Counted from the stretch's first letter, positions 10,474 through 20,729 are shown. The stretch: 64,000 nucleotides of DNA from an uncultured Candidatus Micrarchaeota archaeon (GCA_963760615.1 CAVXDX010000003.1:104718-168717); one strand, 5' to 3'. Numbers and translations: made by a program. The notes: a model not told the origin generated them from the sequence alone.

Positions 10474-10628
10474 AGTGATAGTGCATACATAAATGTGGTT
10501 AGCGAATTTATACAAAGTTATATTGGCGCGGAGGGTACCTGAAAGATGCACCTCCAGAGGTGGCAGAGGACTACGCATATATATTTATAAAGATTGGATT
10601 GCCAATATAAAGAATTCTAGGTGTTTAG

Positions 10629-11174
10629 ATGAATCTCTGGCATGATATAGAAGCAGGTTCGGATATCCCCAATCTAATCAACGTCATAGTCGAAATACCG
10701 AAAGGCTCGCAGAACAAGTACGAGTATGACAAGAAGCTCAATATAATAAAACTTGATAGGGTGCTATTCTCACCTTTCCACTATCCGGGGGATTACGGTA
10801 TAATACCAAAAACGCTTTCCAAGGATGGCGACCCACTTGATGCCATTGTGCTTGTCACAAATCCCACCTACCCCGGCATACTCCTAAATGTGAGACCAGT
10901 TGGATTGCTTAGAATGAATGATGCCGGCAAGATAGATGACAAAATACTGTGCGTTTCTAATGATGACCCAAGGTTCAAGCATCATGTGGACATAGCGGAC
11001 TTGGATGAGCACCTGCTCAAGGAAATAATGCACTTCTTCCAGGTATACAAAGACCTCGAGGGAAAATCCGTGAAGATGACAGGCTGGAAGGACTCTGCCG
11101 CTGCCAAGAAGATAATAGTAGAGTCAGTTGAAGCCTACAACAAGAAATATAGAAGCAGGGAAACCCGCAGATGA
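10629..11174 (+). CDS. ppa: inorganic pyrophosphatase
   Basis: EIPKGSQNKYEYDKK, DGDPLD motifs. Confidence 0.9.
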   Translation: MNLWHDIEAGSDIPNLINVIVEIPKGSQNKYEYDKKLNIIKLDRVLFSPFHYPGDYGIIPKTLSKDGDPLDAIVLVTNPTYPGILLNVRPVGLLRMNDAGKIDDKILCVSNDDPRFKHHVDIADLDEHLLKEIMHFFQVYKDLEGKSVKMTGWKDSAAAKKIIVESVEAYNKKYRSRETRR

Positions 11175-11178
11175 TGCC

Positions 11179-11370
11179 TTAAGCCTTTATCCTCAGAGCG
11201 TATTTTCCAGGCAGCTTGGCGTCTATCTTCTTTGCAAGCTCTGATTTTTCGGCATTGAATACTATCAGATAGCTGCTCCACTTGTCAGTTAGCTCTGTCC
11301 CACCGCAGTTCGGGCATTTGTTGCCCTCGGTGATAATGAATCTGCAGTTCTTGCATGCTTTCTCAGCCAT
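11179..11370 (-). CDS. spt4: transcription elongation factor Spt4 / RNAP subunit E''
   Basis: 63 aa, CKNCRFI...CPNCG zinc ribbon, located downstream of rpoE'. Confidence 0.8.
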   Translation of the reverse strand: MAEKACKNCRFIITEGNKCPNCGGTELTDKWSSYLIVFNAEKSELAKKIDAKLPGKYALRIKA

Positions 11371-11374
11371 ATGA

Positions 11375-11929
11375 TCACTTCTTCTTAGGAGCTGCCTCCT
11401 CCTTTATCCACTCAAGCTTTCCCAGCCCCTCTGGCCTCATTGTGAGGCCTATCTTGGTTTCTGGGATGCTGCCTTTCATGCTGACTGTGGATATCTTGGC
11501 CAGCACATCATCACCCTTCTTTATTATTTTCTTGCTCTCCTTACCGATGAAAGCCGGTATCTTCTTGTCATAGGAAAGGAAATCGTTAGTTATCTGGGAG
11601 AGGTGCGCTAGGCCGTCAATCGGCCCCATCCTAACAAACGCTCCGAACTCCACTATTTCAGTAACCTCCCCCTCAAATATCTCATTCAGCTCAGGCTTGT
11701 AGGTAAGCATGTCAAAAGTCATCTCGTGGTATGACGCACCGTCACCCGGTATAACCTTCCCCTCGCTTATATCATGGGGGTTCCATACGCACAGAACTAT
11801 GCCAAAGTCCTTGTCAACCTTCCTCTCATACTTCTCCCTCAGTATGCTGACTATCGCTTCCTTGAGGTTCTTTGAGAAGTATTTTGGCTCTACTCTTACA
11901 GTGCTCTTCACGGTTATTATGCTGTACAT
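11375..11929 (-). CDS. rpoE: DNA-directed RNA polymerase subunit E' (Rpo7)
   Basis: 184 aa with S1 domain; classic rpoE'-spt4 pair. Confidence 0.85.
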   Translation of the reverse strand: MYSIITVKSTVRVEPKYFSKNLKEAIVSILREKYERKVDKDFGIVLCVWNPHDISEGKVIPGDGASYHEMTFDMLTYKPELNEIFEGEVTEIVEFGAFVRMGPIDGLAHLSQITNDFLSYDKKIPAFIGKESKKIIKKGDDVLAKISTVSMKGSIPETKIGLTMRPEGLGKLEWIKEEAAPKKK

Positions 11930-11962
11930 TGTATCACCAATTTGTTGCGCAACATTAATATA

Positions 11963-12337
11963 TCATTCGAATTGTAAGCGTGACTTGCCCCTCAATATTA
12001 TGACTTTCACCCCTTCTTTCTTCAGCCTTTCTATGAGCCCTCTGTCATTTGTGCAGGCAACCGCGCCGTTTCTCGCGCAGTAGCTTACAACCCAGTCGTC
12101 AACGCTTCCATCGTTCTTTTTTATCTCCACCCTGCCAAGCTTTAGGAGCTTCAATGCGTACCTCGCGGCAGCCGAATCTCTTCCTTTTCCTGAGCCTACT
12201 CCCGTCAATTCAGCAACAACTCCCTCGCACGTGACTGCCCTGTGCTCTCCAAGCAGCTCGCTCAATCCACCGAATATATTCACCTTGAATTGATGAGCAA
12301 GCATCAGGAAGTTGGTGTCTAGCACTGCTTCAAGCAT
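11963..12337 (-). CDS. PIN-domain protein
   Basis: N-terminal LDTNFL motif, 124 aa; conserved position upstream of rpoE'. Confidence 0.6.
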   Translation of the reverse strand: MLEAVLDTNFLMLAHQFKVNIFGGLSELLGEHRAVTCEGVVAELTGVGSGKGRDSAAARYALKLLKLGRVEIKKNDGSVDDWVVSYCARNGAVACTNDRGLIERLKKEGVKVIILRGKSRLQFE

Positions 12338-12375
12338 CCAATTATTTTGTAGAATAACAAATTTAAATGCAACGC

Positions 12376-13452
12376 TTACCTGGTTATTTTTCCTTCCTTG
12401 AACGCATCCAGCAGCTCAGGGTGCTTCTCGAAATACTCCCTGCTCGGTTTTAGTATTCCCGTGAGTTCCCTCGTAACTGCACTCTTAAGATCTGTGGGGT
12501 GCAGCTCACCCTTCTTATACGCATCTCTCAGTTCATCGAATCTCATGTAATCAACATCCCCGCCGTACTTCTTGTTCCTCTCTATGTGCAGTGGCTTGTC
12601 CTTCATTATCACGTACTCGCAAAGCTCAATTATCGGGTTGTTTTCCGTTTGCTTCTCCGGGCAGTAGGCTGCGCTTATCTTATCCTTTATTTCCTTCTCC
12701 GAATCATGGATGTATACACTGCTTTTGGGAATGCTCTTGCTCATCTTTGAAGATACCTCCGTATCGAGCTTATCGTTGCTCTCAAAGCCCATCTTCTGCG
12801 GGCCCTGCAACCCCATCAGGAGATGCGTGTGCACTGCAACGGGTTTAGGCCATTTCATCTTTTCAGCAATCTCCCTGGTGAGCACGTGCACCTTCCTCTG
12901 GTCCATCCCTGCGTGCATGAGTTGTACCTTCAGGTGGAAGATGTCCGCAGCCTGCATTGCAGGATAGAGCAGGGCAGCAGATTCTGTCGCCTCAGTCTCC
13001 TTCCTTCCCATTATTGTCACGCACCTCAGCATCCTTTGTATGCTGGTGCTCTTCATTATCTCAACGACTTTAACCCAGTACCACTGGTCATAATGCTCGC
13101 TGGCAAGTGCGTATCTAACCTGCGATTCATCCAGACCAAGCGATACAAAACCTGCCTTGAAATACCCTCGGGCTATATCCCTTATTAAACTCAAGTCCCC
13201 CCCCAGCTTCTTGTTTATCCAGGAGTGGTAGTCAGCCAGCCATATGATAGGCCTTATACCTGCCTTTATGAAATCATTAATCTTCATTGCCGTAAGCAGC
13301 CCGGAGCCTATGTGCATCATCCCGCTTACCTCAAAACCGATGTAGTGCTGTGGGTGCTCCTCCCTCTCAAAAAGCTTGACCAGCTCCTCCTCAGTAAGCA
13401 GCTCTTCAGTCGGCTTCCTCTTCACAAGAAAAACCTTATCCTCTATGTTCAA
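12376..13452 (-). CDS. tyrS: tyrosyl-tRNA synthetase
   Basis: KMSKS motif, AYCP, NNPIIEL and ELHPTDLKSAV segments as in archaeal TyrRS. Confidence 0.8.
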   Translation of the reverse strand: MNIEDKVFLVKRKPTEELLTEEELVKLFEREEHPQHYIGFEVSGMMHIGSGLLTAMKINDFIKAGIRPIIWLADYHSWINKKLGGDLSLIRDIARGYFKAGFVSLGLDESQVRYALASEHYDQWYWVKVVEIMKSTSIQRMLRCVTIMGRKETEATESAALLYPAMQAADIFHLKVQLMHAGMDQRKVHVLTREIAEKMKWPKPVAVHTHLLMGLQGPQKMGFESNDKLDTEVSSKMSKSIPKSSVYIHDSEKEIKDKISAAYCPEKQTENNPIIELCEYVIMKDKPLHIERNKKYGGDVDYMRFDELRDAYKKGELHPTDLKSAVTRELTGILKPSREYFEKHPELLDAFKEGKITR

Positions 13453-13463
13453 CTAATCACCTT

Positions 13464-14210
13464 CTATGCAATCTCAGGCATCTCACATTTGAATTCCATC
13501 AATTTTATTCTTTCCCTAACCCTCCTTATAGTGCTTTCCTTCAAACCGAGCTCTCTTGCAATGGTCCTATCACTCTCCTTCCCAATTCTCATCAGAATAC
13601 TGTCAAGCTTGCTGTAGCTTATCCCAAGTTCTCCTTCAGCGGTCTGCCCTTCCCATAACCCCGGAGAGGGTTTCTTCCTTATTATCTCTCTTGGAACCCC
13701 AAGCTTCTCCGCAAGTTTTCTCACCTCAGTTTTATACAGCCCGCCGATTGGAAGAAAATCGACTCCCCCGTCCCCATAGCGTGTGAAATAACCCATCTTC
13801 AGCTCACTTCTGTTGCCTGTCCCTGCAACAAGTAGATTCCTGCTGTTGGAAAAGTAATACAGGGTGCACATCCTTATTCTGGCCCGCAGGTTCCCGTTCG
13901 GTATTCGCGCCCCCTCCCCGAATCTTGGCAGTATCATCTTGAACTCCTTATACACCGAGCTGAAATCGATTATGTAGTATCCCACACCCAGACGCTTTGC
14001 GAGTTTTACCGCATCTTCCATGTCCGTCTTGCCAGTGGTCTCGCTCTCAGGCATTATCAGAGCAGTTACTCTTTTCTTACCAAGAGCTCTTGTGCAGAGT
14101 GTTGCGACAACTGCAGAATCGATCCCTCCGCTGATGCCGACAACTACCCCCTTTGCGCCAGCTTCTCTGACCTTTCTCCTTATGAAGCTCTCAGTCCTCC
14201 TTACCTGCAT
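13464..14210 (-). CDS. nadE: NH3-dependent NAD+ synthetase
   Basis: GISGGIDSAV PP-loop motif, NadE-like. Confidence 0.85.
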   Translation of the reverse strand: MQVRRTESFIRRKVREAGAKGVVVGISGGIDSAVVATLCTRALGKKRVTALIMPESETTGKTDMEDAVKLAKRLGVGYYIIDFSSVYKEFKMILPRFGEGARIPNGNLRARIRMCTLYYFSNSRNLLVAGTGNRSELKMGYFTRYGDGGVDFLPIGGLYKTEVRKLAEKLGVPREIIRKKPSPGLWEGQTAEGELGISYSKLDSILMRIGKESDRTIARELGLKESTIRRVRERIKLMEFKCEMPEIA

Positions 14211-14351
14211 ACAAGATATTTCTCTTGCAACTCTTTTTATTATTTGCTTAGACCAACCGCAAACAATATAAAATGTTAATGGATTAATTACTGTATAGAT
14301 TGAGGTGAGTTGTTGGGTTCTATCCCCAGAAAATGGAAGAAAGCCGGAAGA

Positions 14352-14426
14352 ATGCGTTGGAAATGGCTTAAGAAAAGAAGGAAGAAGATGAAGAGAAAGC
14401 TCAAGAGAAGAGTGGGCGAGCTCTAG
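14352..14426 (+). CDS. ribosomal protein L41e-like tiny basic protein
   Basis: 24-aa ORF MRWKWLKKRRKKMKRKLKRRVGEL resembling L41e (MKRKWKKKRMRRLKRKRRKM); missed by the 60-aa ORF cutoff. Confidence 0.4.
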   Translation: MRWKWLKKRRKKMKRKLKRRVGEL

Positions 14427-15043
14427 GTGCCTGCCCAGCTCCTAACAACATATCTACCTCTCTTCTCTATTTCTGCGAGTTGTTTCACAACCTCTTCGTA
14501 CTTTTCATACTCCTCGTAGCCAGAGAGGAAGCTCCTGAATGTTCTCTCATCCCCAAGCGATTTCTTCATGAGCAGAACATCAATTGCCTTCTCCTCAGCA
14601 TCCTTTGAAAAGCTTCCAAGACCGAAATCTATGAAAAAAACCTTTCCGTTGCTGATCATCACGTTGGCAGTTGTGAAATCTCCATGCACCACTCCGTGCC
14701 TGTGCAGTTTCGCCAGCCCTCTTCCAACCTCTTCAACTACCTTGCCGATGCCTCTACCTTTTTTATTTTTGATGAAATCCCTGAGCAACACGCCGTTTAT
14801 GAAACCGAGCTTCAGCTCAAACTCATCTATTTCATATACGACTGGGCAAGCCACGCCAGCCCCCTTAGCTGAGTGCAAGAGATATGCTTCCCCTCTTGTC
14901 CTGCTTCCTCTCAGTGGAATGTCTATCTCCCTTATCCTATACCTCTTGGAAACTCTATTCTTGCTGGCGATTCTCCTATCAACAAGCCTCTCGATGTAAA
15001 GCTCTGCCTCTGCGCCCCTTGCGAGGAATTTTGCCATATGCAA
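14423..15043 (-). CDS. bud32: Bud32/PRPK KEOPS kinase (RIO-type)
   Basis: VVHGDFTTANVM, FIDFGLG kinase motifs, about 200 aa. Confidence 0.8.
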   Translation of the reverse strand: MHMAKFLARGAEAELYIERLVDRRIASKNRVSKRYRIREIDIPLRGSRTRGEAYLLHSAKGAGVACPVVYEIDEFELKLGFINGVLLRDFIKNKKGRGIGKVVEEVGRGLAKLHRHGVVHGDFTTANVMISNGKVFFIDFGLGSFSKDAEEKAIDVLLMKKSLGDERTFRSFLSGYEEYEKYEEVVKQLAEIEKRGRYVVRSWAGT

Positions 15044-15078
15044 ACCTACCTAGGATGCTTCATCAAAAGCGTGCTTGT

Positions 15079-15417
15079 CTAAAACTCTTTTATGGCAGCG
15101 TTTAGCACAAGCATTATCACAAACGTTATGAACGCCCAAAATGCTATATCAAGGATGCCACCAAGCCAGTTTATGCTCCCACTCTGCCATCCGTTGTAAG
15201 TATTGTAAATGAACCAGGCATACGGATAGCCGTTCGCTATGTTTTCACCTATGCAATTGCTTGTGCATCCCGAACTTTCGTGGTATGCTCCAGATATGAA
15301 GACCACGAACAGCGCTATGATAAGAGAGTAAAATATTCCATCGCTCAGACTTGGTCCTGCGACTCTTTTAGCTCCCGCAGTTTTTACAGCCCTAGGCGCC
15401 TTCTTCCTCCTCGGCAT
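15079..15417 (-). CDS. small membrane protein
   Basis: 112 aa with 2-3 hydrophobic helices. Confidence 0.35.
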   Translation of the reverse strand: MPRRKKAPRAVKTAGAKRVAGPSLSDGIFYSLIIALFVVFISGAYHESSGCTSNCIGENIANGYPYAWFIYNTYNGWQSGSINWLGGILDIAFWAFITFVIMLVLNAAIKEF

Positions 15418-15606
15418 ATGGCATCACCGAATATGATTATTTCGCGCCCATTAATAAATATAACTCTTTGAAGAAGATTCTCATCACTTAGAAAGGAGAT
15501 AAATGCAATACCAAATTTACAATACTCGCTATCCGGAAGTAACGCCCGTAATTCCGTAAAGGAGAGAGATGTTGCAAACAATATCTGTGAAGCAGGAAGC
15601 ACTCAT

Positions 15607-15665
15607 CCCTCAAAGGTGGGGGCATGTCACTAATTTATCATCAGTTTGGGGTGGAAGCATGTGAT
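15607..15665 (+). mobile_element. IS200/IS605-family right-end/omegaRNA-like relic (two adjacent GTGG-G-CATGTCA-type motifs)
   Basis: AGGTGGGGGCATGTCAC and GGGGTGGAAGCATGTGAT closely match the terminus GGTGGGAGCATGTCAC seen at 54.3 and 62.1 kb and at the tnpB element end. Confidence 0.45.
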
Positions 15666-15718
15666 AAGTGTGCAAACCACCCATTAACATTATATACCAA
15701 TCTTAGCAATAAGATTTC

Positions 15719-17161
15719 ATGAGATGCAAAAAGGCGCAAATCTCCGGTCTTGACCTTATACTCGCAATAATGCTCTTCTCTCTTGCCCTTATACTCTTTT
15801 CGATTTTATGGGATGTGGTGCAGTACAACGTAAAGACTCAAGCAGATGCTGATATAATTGCCATCCAGGTTGCGAATAGACTCCTAGGCAGCCCAGGCTA
15901 CCCATCTGACTGGAATGCAACGAATGTGCAGCTGATAGGTTTATCATCTGAAAGAGGTGTCATGGACCAGAGCAAATTCCAAAACCTACTTGATCTACTG
16001 GCCCAACCTGGTGGCTATGATCAGGTGAGGCAGATGTTGGGTTTGGGCCCCTATCAGTTTTATATTAGTATGACCAACCCAGACGGCTCTCCAATCCTCA
16101 TCAACGGCCAACCCGCCCAGGGGGGAGACCCCCCAACCAATGCAACCAGTGTGAGCAGCATAAAAAGGACTGCGCTCTACGGCACAATTATGGTGTTCAA
16201 CAACTCAATAACATTCGTCCAGGATTCATCCGGGAGCATGGACTGGTTTTCAACAGGCATAAATTATACGAATTCGAATCTAAGTGCAAGGAATGTATGG
16301 GTCAATATCTACAATGTGAGCTTCCCAAGCTCGCCAACTAGCAATTTTGACTTTATATTTGAGTTCAACGACACCAGCCTCACTGGAGGGAACCAGGTCA
16401 AGCTAAATGTTACAAGTCCTTCTGGTAAGAAATATGCAGTGCCGAACTGCGGCAGCTCGTCAGGCTGCAGCTGCGGGTCTGGGACAAATGGCTGCTTGGC
16501 ATTTTCATACTCTGGAGGAGCGCGCATGAACTTCACACAGGCACTTTGGAATTCCACAGGAGTCTGGCAGGTTTGGATAAGGAAATCAGTGAATAACCCT
16601 ATTACATACGATTCATTTGCTCAAACGCCGCCGAGGAGGATAGATGCTGCAAAAACTGCAATTGATGCCTTTGTTGACGTAATTTCAAACGAATCCAAGG
16701 GACTTGATGAAATGTCGCTGTTCGATTTCAACAGTTGCAACAGCAACATGATAAATGGTTTCACGACAAATTACCCGCAGATTAAATCCAATGTGAATTC
16801 CATAACTGCATCAGGTTCAACACCGCTCGCCCAAGCTATCAGGGATGCGGCCGACTACACAAATTCAAGCTCAACAAGAAAGCACAATATGATAATTGTT
16901 GTGTCAGACGGGCAGGAGACATGCGGTGGGGACATAGTTGCCGCGGCAACCTATGCCGCAGGCAAGGTTCAAAGGATCTGCACTGTAGGGCTGGAGCAAG
17001 GTGGAGATGGTGCAAACCAGCTCACGCAAGCTGCCAAAATAGGGCATTGCCAGTATTACGCTGCAAGAAACGAGCAGCAGCTTGAATTGTACCTGAGACA
17101 ACTCTACTTCGGGACTCTTGCGAAGGAGACAGTGGTGCTCAACATAGTGGTATGGAGATGA
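15719..17161 (+). CDS. pilin-like protein with class III signal peptide and vWA domain
   Basis: N-terminus MRCKKAQISGLDLILAIMLF (archaeal type IV prepilin-like); DSSGSM MIDAS motif and SGSTPL...VVSDGQET vWA elements. Confidence 0.65.
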   Translation: MRCKKAQISGLDLILAIMLFSLALILFSILWDVVQYNVKTQADADIIAIQVANRLLGSPGYPSDWNATNVQLIGLSSERGVMDQSKFQNLLDLLAQPGGYDQVRQMLGLGPYQFYISMTNPDGSPILINGQPAQGGDPPTNATSVSSIKRTALYGTIMVFNNSITFVQDSSGSMDWFSTGINYTNSNLSARNVWVNIYNVSFPSSPTSNFDFIFEFNDTSLTGGNQVKLNVTSPSGKKYAVPNCGSSSGCSCGSGTNGCLAFSYSGGARMNFTQALWNSTGVWQVWIRKSVNNPITYDSFAQTPPRRIDAAKTAIDAFVDVISNESKGLDEMSLFDFNSCNSNMINGFTTNYPQIKSNVNSITASGSTPLAQAIRDAADYTNSSSTRKHNMIIVVSDGQETCGGDIVAAATYAAGKVQRICTVGLEQGGDGANQLTQAAKIGHCQYYAARNEQQLELYLRQLYFGTLAKETVVLNIVVWR

Positions 17162-17592
17162 GAAAAGGAGTTATTTTCACCCTTGACGCGCTCGTTGCTG
17201 TCGTTATAGCAGTAATGGCACTCGCCATACTCATGCAAATGGTGAGCCTTAAGACTGGAGAGTGGTACAAGGAAATTGCACTCTACAACTCGGCTCAGGA
17301 CATTCTCACCTCAAAGGACAAGGATGGCACCCTGGGAAGTATATTCGGCACCTCTGATGCAGTTGCGGTATACAATCTCAACAATTCGATCGCATCCCAG
17401 CTACCCAGCAACATGGTGGCCAGGATGAACGTAAGCGTCTACAATTATCAATCCAATTCTTTTGTATGCGTCAGGAACCTGACTGCTGGGCAGAGCGGGA
17501 CAACGCCGATTAAAAGCGTTGTTAGGAGAGTTTTCACAGATCCGCCGAACAATAATTACAGTGTTGTGGTTATGGAAGTGTGGTACCGATGA
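17152..17592 (+). CDS. archaeal type IV pilin-like protein
   Basis: MEMRKGVIFTLDALVAVVIAV class III signal peptide; overlaps neighbours by about 10 nt (operon). Confidence 0.55.
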   Translation: MEMRKGVIFTLDALVAVVIAVMALAILMQMVSLKTGEWYKEIALYNSAQDILTSKDKDGTLGSIFGTSDAVAVYNLNNSIASQLPSNMVARMNVSVYNYQSNSFVCVRNLTAGQSGTTPIKSVVRRVFTDPPNNNYSVVVMEVWYR

Positions 17593-18482
17593 GAAGAGGT
17601 TTCATGCTCACTGCCATCACCGTAGTGCTCTTTATGGTGTTGATTGATACGGCATTCCAGTACTCGAAGAGTTCTTCAGCCTTCTCAAAGAGAATTTCAG
17701 AGATGATTGTCTCGGAGAAGGTGAGCTATACCTTTGATGATATAACAGAAGATATAACCAACATAGTCGGTCTCAGAGTAACACAGCAGGCGTCGGATTT
17801 GATAATAGAGGATTCAATGCCTGGAGCAAACATAACAAACAATCTTGCGCGCTATGAGAATTTTGTAAGGAGCTACTACCTAACCCCTGAGATTGAGGCA
17901 AAATTCATGAATGCAAATGACCAGCAGATAAGTCTAAACTCCCTCTCAACGAACATGTATCTAAGCCCCTTCAATCTGAGCTATGGCTACCAGGATTTTG
18001 GGAAAAATAATACTCTAATACAAGTTCCGCTGTCGCAATCAACTGGAGTGCAATACATGTGGTACAATATAAGCGTCACAAGCGGCAACTTCTCAAATGT
18101 CTCAGGTATAAGCTGGAACCCTCCACCCCTCCCATGCGTGCCGGGTACACCAGGCTGCATGAGGTTTTACCTGGCGATAAACGACAGTTTCAATAACCAG
18201 TACATCGGGGATACCTATACTTATTTTGATATGACGCAGCGTGCCGGGTACATGAACATAAGTTTCGTCAACCAGACCTGCTACATGGAGATTCAGGTTG
18301 CAAATCAGTACCTGCTCAACCTCACCAATCACGGATGCAACATAACAACTTACATTGGGTTCAACTTCAACAGCAGTAACTTGGGGGTTTACTTCCCGGA
18401 AAAACTGAGCATCAGGGATACAAATTATAACACTCTAAAGAAGGACAATATAAATGTCGTTGTAACGAGGCTGCTGAGGTAG
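17580..18482 (+). CDS. archaeal type IV pilin-like protein
   Basis: MRRGFMLTAITVVLFMVLI class III signal peptide; many N-glycosylation sequons. Confidence 0.55.
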   Translation: MVPMRRGFMLTAITVVLFMVLIDTAFQYSKSSSAFSKRISEMIVSEKVSYTFDDITEDITNIVGLRVTQQASDLIIEDSMPGANITNNLARYENFVRSYYLTPEIEAKFMNANDQQISLNSLSTNMYLSPFNLSYGYQDFGKNNTLIQVPLSQSTGVQYMWYNISVTSGNFSNVSGISWNPPPLPCVPGTPGCMRFYLAINDSFNNQYIGDTYTYFDMTQRAGYMNISFVNQTCYMEIQVANQYLLNLTNHGCNITTYIGFNFNSSNLGVYFPEKLSIRDTNYNTLKKDNINVVVTRLLR

Positions 18483-19451
18483 CTACCACTTTACCTCAAC
18501 TTCATCAACCCTCATCTTCTGAACAACTCTGCACTCTGCGAGTTTCATCCTCACTCCTGCTTCGTGCATAAGATTCCCTGTCAATGCTATCATTGCCCCG
18601 TTGTCCGCATTAAACTGTCCCTCGGTAACAAAAAGCCTGCAGCTATGAGGCTTGGCCATTTCTCTCAGCATCTCCTGCAGCCTGCCATTCTGGGCGACTC
18701 CACCACAGAGTATAAGCTCCTTGCTTCTTGTCAATGCCAAGGCCCTCTCCGTAGCCTCAACGAGCATTGAGAAAGCAGTTTCCTGCAAGGAGTAGCACAC
18801 GTCCTCCTTCCTATGTGTTCTCAAGCTATTCTGTGCCTCCGTGAGAAGCCCTGTAAAAACCAGGTCCATACCCTTCACTGAGTAGGGCAATGGAATGTAC
18901 CTACCATCCCGCGCCATCTTCTCAATGACGGAACCGTGGGCGTGCTTCAACCCCATGTTCCTGCCAACGGAGTCTATAAGGTTCCCGAGGCCAATGTCAA
19001 GAGTTTCTCCCATCACCCGGTACCTTCTATCCTCAAGGATTATTATCTGAGTGTTTCCTCCACTCACATACACCACAAGCGGGTTCTTGCATCCGCAGAG
19101 TGCCCTCACTATTTCAATGTGAGCCAAGGCGTGGTTAACCCCAATTATGGGTTTATTAAGCATTTGAGCCATCGTTTTTGCTCCGACAAGTCCAATTTTC
19201 AAGCATGCCCCCAAGCCTGGTCCCATGGTGAAAGCTACCAGCCCAATCTCTCTGAGTTCTACTCCGCTTGTATCGAGTGCTCTTTCCAGTACTGGCTCAA
19301 ACTCTTTTGAGAGGAAATCCGCAGCCTTTCTAGGGTGTATGCCAGCGTATTTTGGCTGGTAAGTGCTCCTCTCATTGGCAAGCACCTTCCTGTCATCCAC
19401 TATCCCAATGCCCATTGTATGCGCGCTGCTTTCCATACCGATGCATATCAT
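18483..19451 (-). CDS. kae1: tRNA N6-adenosine threonylcarbamoyltransferase Kae1
   Basis: MICIGMESSAHTMGIGIV..., GVNHALAHIE, GGVAQN motifs. Confidence 0.9.
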   Translation of the reverse strand: MICIGMESSAHTMGIGIVDDRKVLANERSTYQPKYAGIHPRKAADFLSKEFEPVLERALDTSGVELREIGLVAFTMGPGLGACLKIGLVGAKTMAQMLNKPIIGVNHALAHIEIVRALCGCKNPLVVYVSGGNTQIIILEDRRYRVMGETLDIGLGNLIDSVGRNMGLKHAHGSVIEKMARDGRYIPLPYSVKGMDLVFTGLLTEAQNSLRTHRKEDVCYSLQETAFSMLVEATERALALTRSKELILCGGVAQNGRLQEMLREMAKPHSCRLFVTEGQFNADNGAMIALTGNLMHEAGVRMKLAECRVVQKMRVDEVEVKW

Positions 19452-19455
19452 CTTA

Positions 19456-20250
19456 TCACTTGCCGTAGTAAAGCATCACAATTGCAACATTTATGAAATT
19501 AAACGTAGCATGGGCGAATATTGAGGGTATGACTGACTTCCTTGCTTTGCATAGGAGCGCGAATATTAAACCGGCTGTGAAGGCTGCGATGAATTCCATT
19601 TTAGAATCGTAAGAATAGTGCGCCAATGCAAAAAGCAGTGTTGAAATAATAATCCCAAAACCAGTGTGTACATATTCGAGACTGCTGAGCAGGAATCCCC
19701 TGAAGAAAATTTCCTCAGCAATTGGGCCGATGGTGAATGAAAAAATTAGTATATACAGTGGTAATCCACTCATTATCATTGACACCTTCCCCGCCTCCTC
19801 AAGGTGCAGCAAGAATATGACCACAATAGCCTCTGCAATTATCAGCGGGCCGACAAGAAACAAAGTTGTCGCAACCCCTAAAACTGCATTCATCAGAAGC
19901 CCATCCCTCTTTAGACCGAGGTATCCAAAAGTTTTTTCCAAACTCCGAAGTTGGAACTCAACATCCCATACGAATGGAAAGGAGAGGAAAGCTGTTGAAA
20001 GAACTATGGCTGAAGCATAGGGAACACGCATCAAAAACAGCAATAAAGCTGCATATAGCCAAACAAACCAAATTCCCGCAGCTCTTCCGTACCTCTTACC
20101 TACCTCAACAGTGCATACGACAAGCGCAAAACCTAGAACCGGAATAGCAATGAAAAGAGGCAATCCTTTTATGAGGGCTGTTAAGATGGCGAATATGGAA
20201 CTAAAAAATAGAAGCAGAGCGAGTATGCGAAAGGTTCTCTCATTCTGCAT
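19456..20250 (-). CDS. CPBP-family intramembrane metalloprotease (CAAX protease-like)
   Basis: EEIFFRGFLL and FALAHYS motifs in a polytopic membrane protein. Confidence 0.75.
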   Translation of the reverse strand: MQNERTFRILALLLFFSSIFAILTALIKGLPLFIAIPVLGFALVVCTVEVGKRYGRAAGIWFVWLYAALLLFLMRVPYASAIVLSTAFLSFPFVWDVEFQLRSLEKTFGYLGLKRDGLLMNAVLGVATTLFLVGPLIIAEAIVVIFLLHLEEAGKVSMIMSGLPLYILIFSFTIGPIAEEIFFRGFLLSSLEYVHTGFGIIISTLLFALAHYSYDSKMEFIAAFTAGLIFALLCKARKSVIPSIFAHATFNFINVAIVMLYYGK

Positions 20251-20384
20251 CCTACTACCTTTTCATCTCCAGATAGCCGCATTTCCCACAGGAGAACCTG
20301 TCCTTATGATCCGCCAGGTGCACCCCCCCACCGCATTTTGGGCACGAGCGCCTTGGCTTGTATGATTTTACAACTTTCTTTTTC

Positions 20385-20729
20385 TCAGCCACTCTTCTCA
20401 CCCTTCTCCTCCTTTGCAGGAGCTTTCTGCTCAACCTTCTTCTCTTTCTTCACCCCGGCGTCTCTCTCAAGCTTGTGCTTGCTCTCTATTCCCATTGCCT
20501 CCTTACTGGCATAGAATTTCGCATATCCCTTCAACTCCTGGCTGCCGAACCCCTGCTCAAGGATGTCTATAACGGCAAGCGAGCCATCAGCTCCAAGCTT
20601 TGAGCAGAGCGACTCCTTGACTTCCTTCCTGCTCGGAGTTGGGCCCAAGAAGCTTGCTATGAATCTAACCTCATTTCTTTTCAGAACCGGATTATCCCTC
20701 TGCTCGGTTATTTTAATATCCATATTCAA
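20385..20729 (-). CDS. rps24e: ribosomal protein S24e
   Basis: [19 protein letters not shown]...PSRKEV...KGYAKFY pattern of S24e. Confidence 0.8.
   Translation of the reverse strand: MNMDIKITEQRDNPVLKRNEVRFIASFLGPTPSRKEVKESLCSKLGADGSLAVIDILEQGFGSQELKGYAKFYASKEAMGIESKHKLERDAGVKKEKKVEQKAPAKEEKGEKSG

Noticed and set aside
10535-10570. Hairpin-like GGAGGGTACCTGAAAGATGCACCTCCAGAGGTGG upstream of ppa, as an independent IS end
   Set aside because: It shares only the CCAGAGGTGG core with the IS hairpins and lacks the AGCATGTCAC terminus. It is kept only as a possible degenerate copy under the relic finding.
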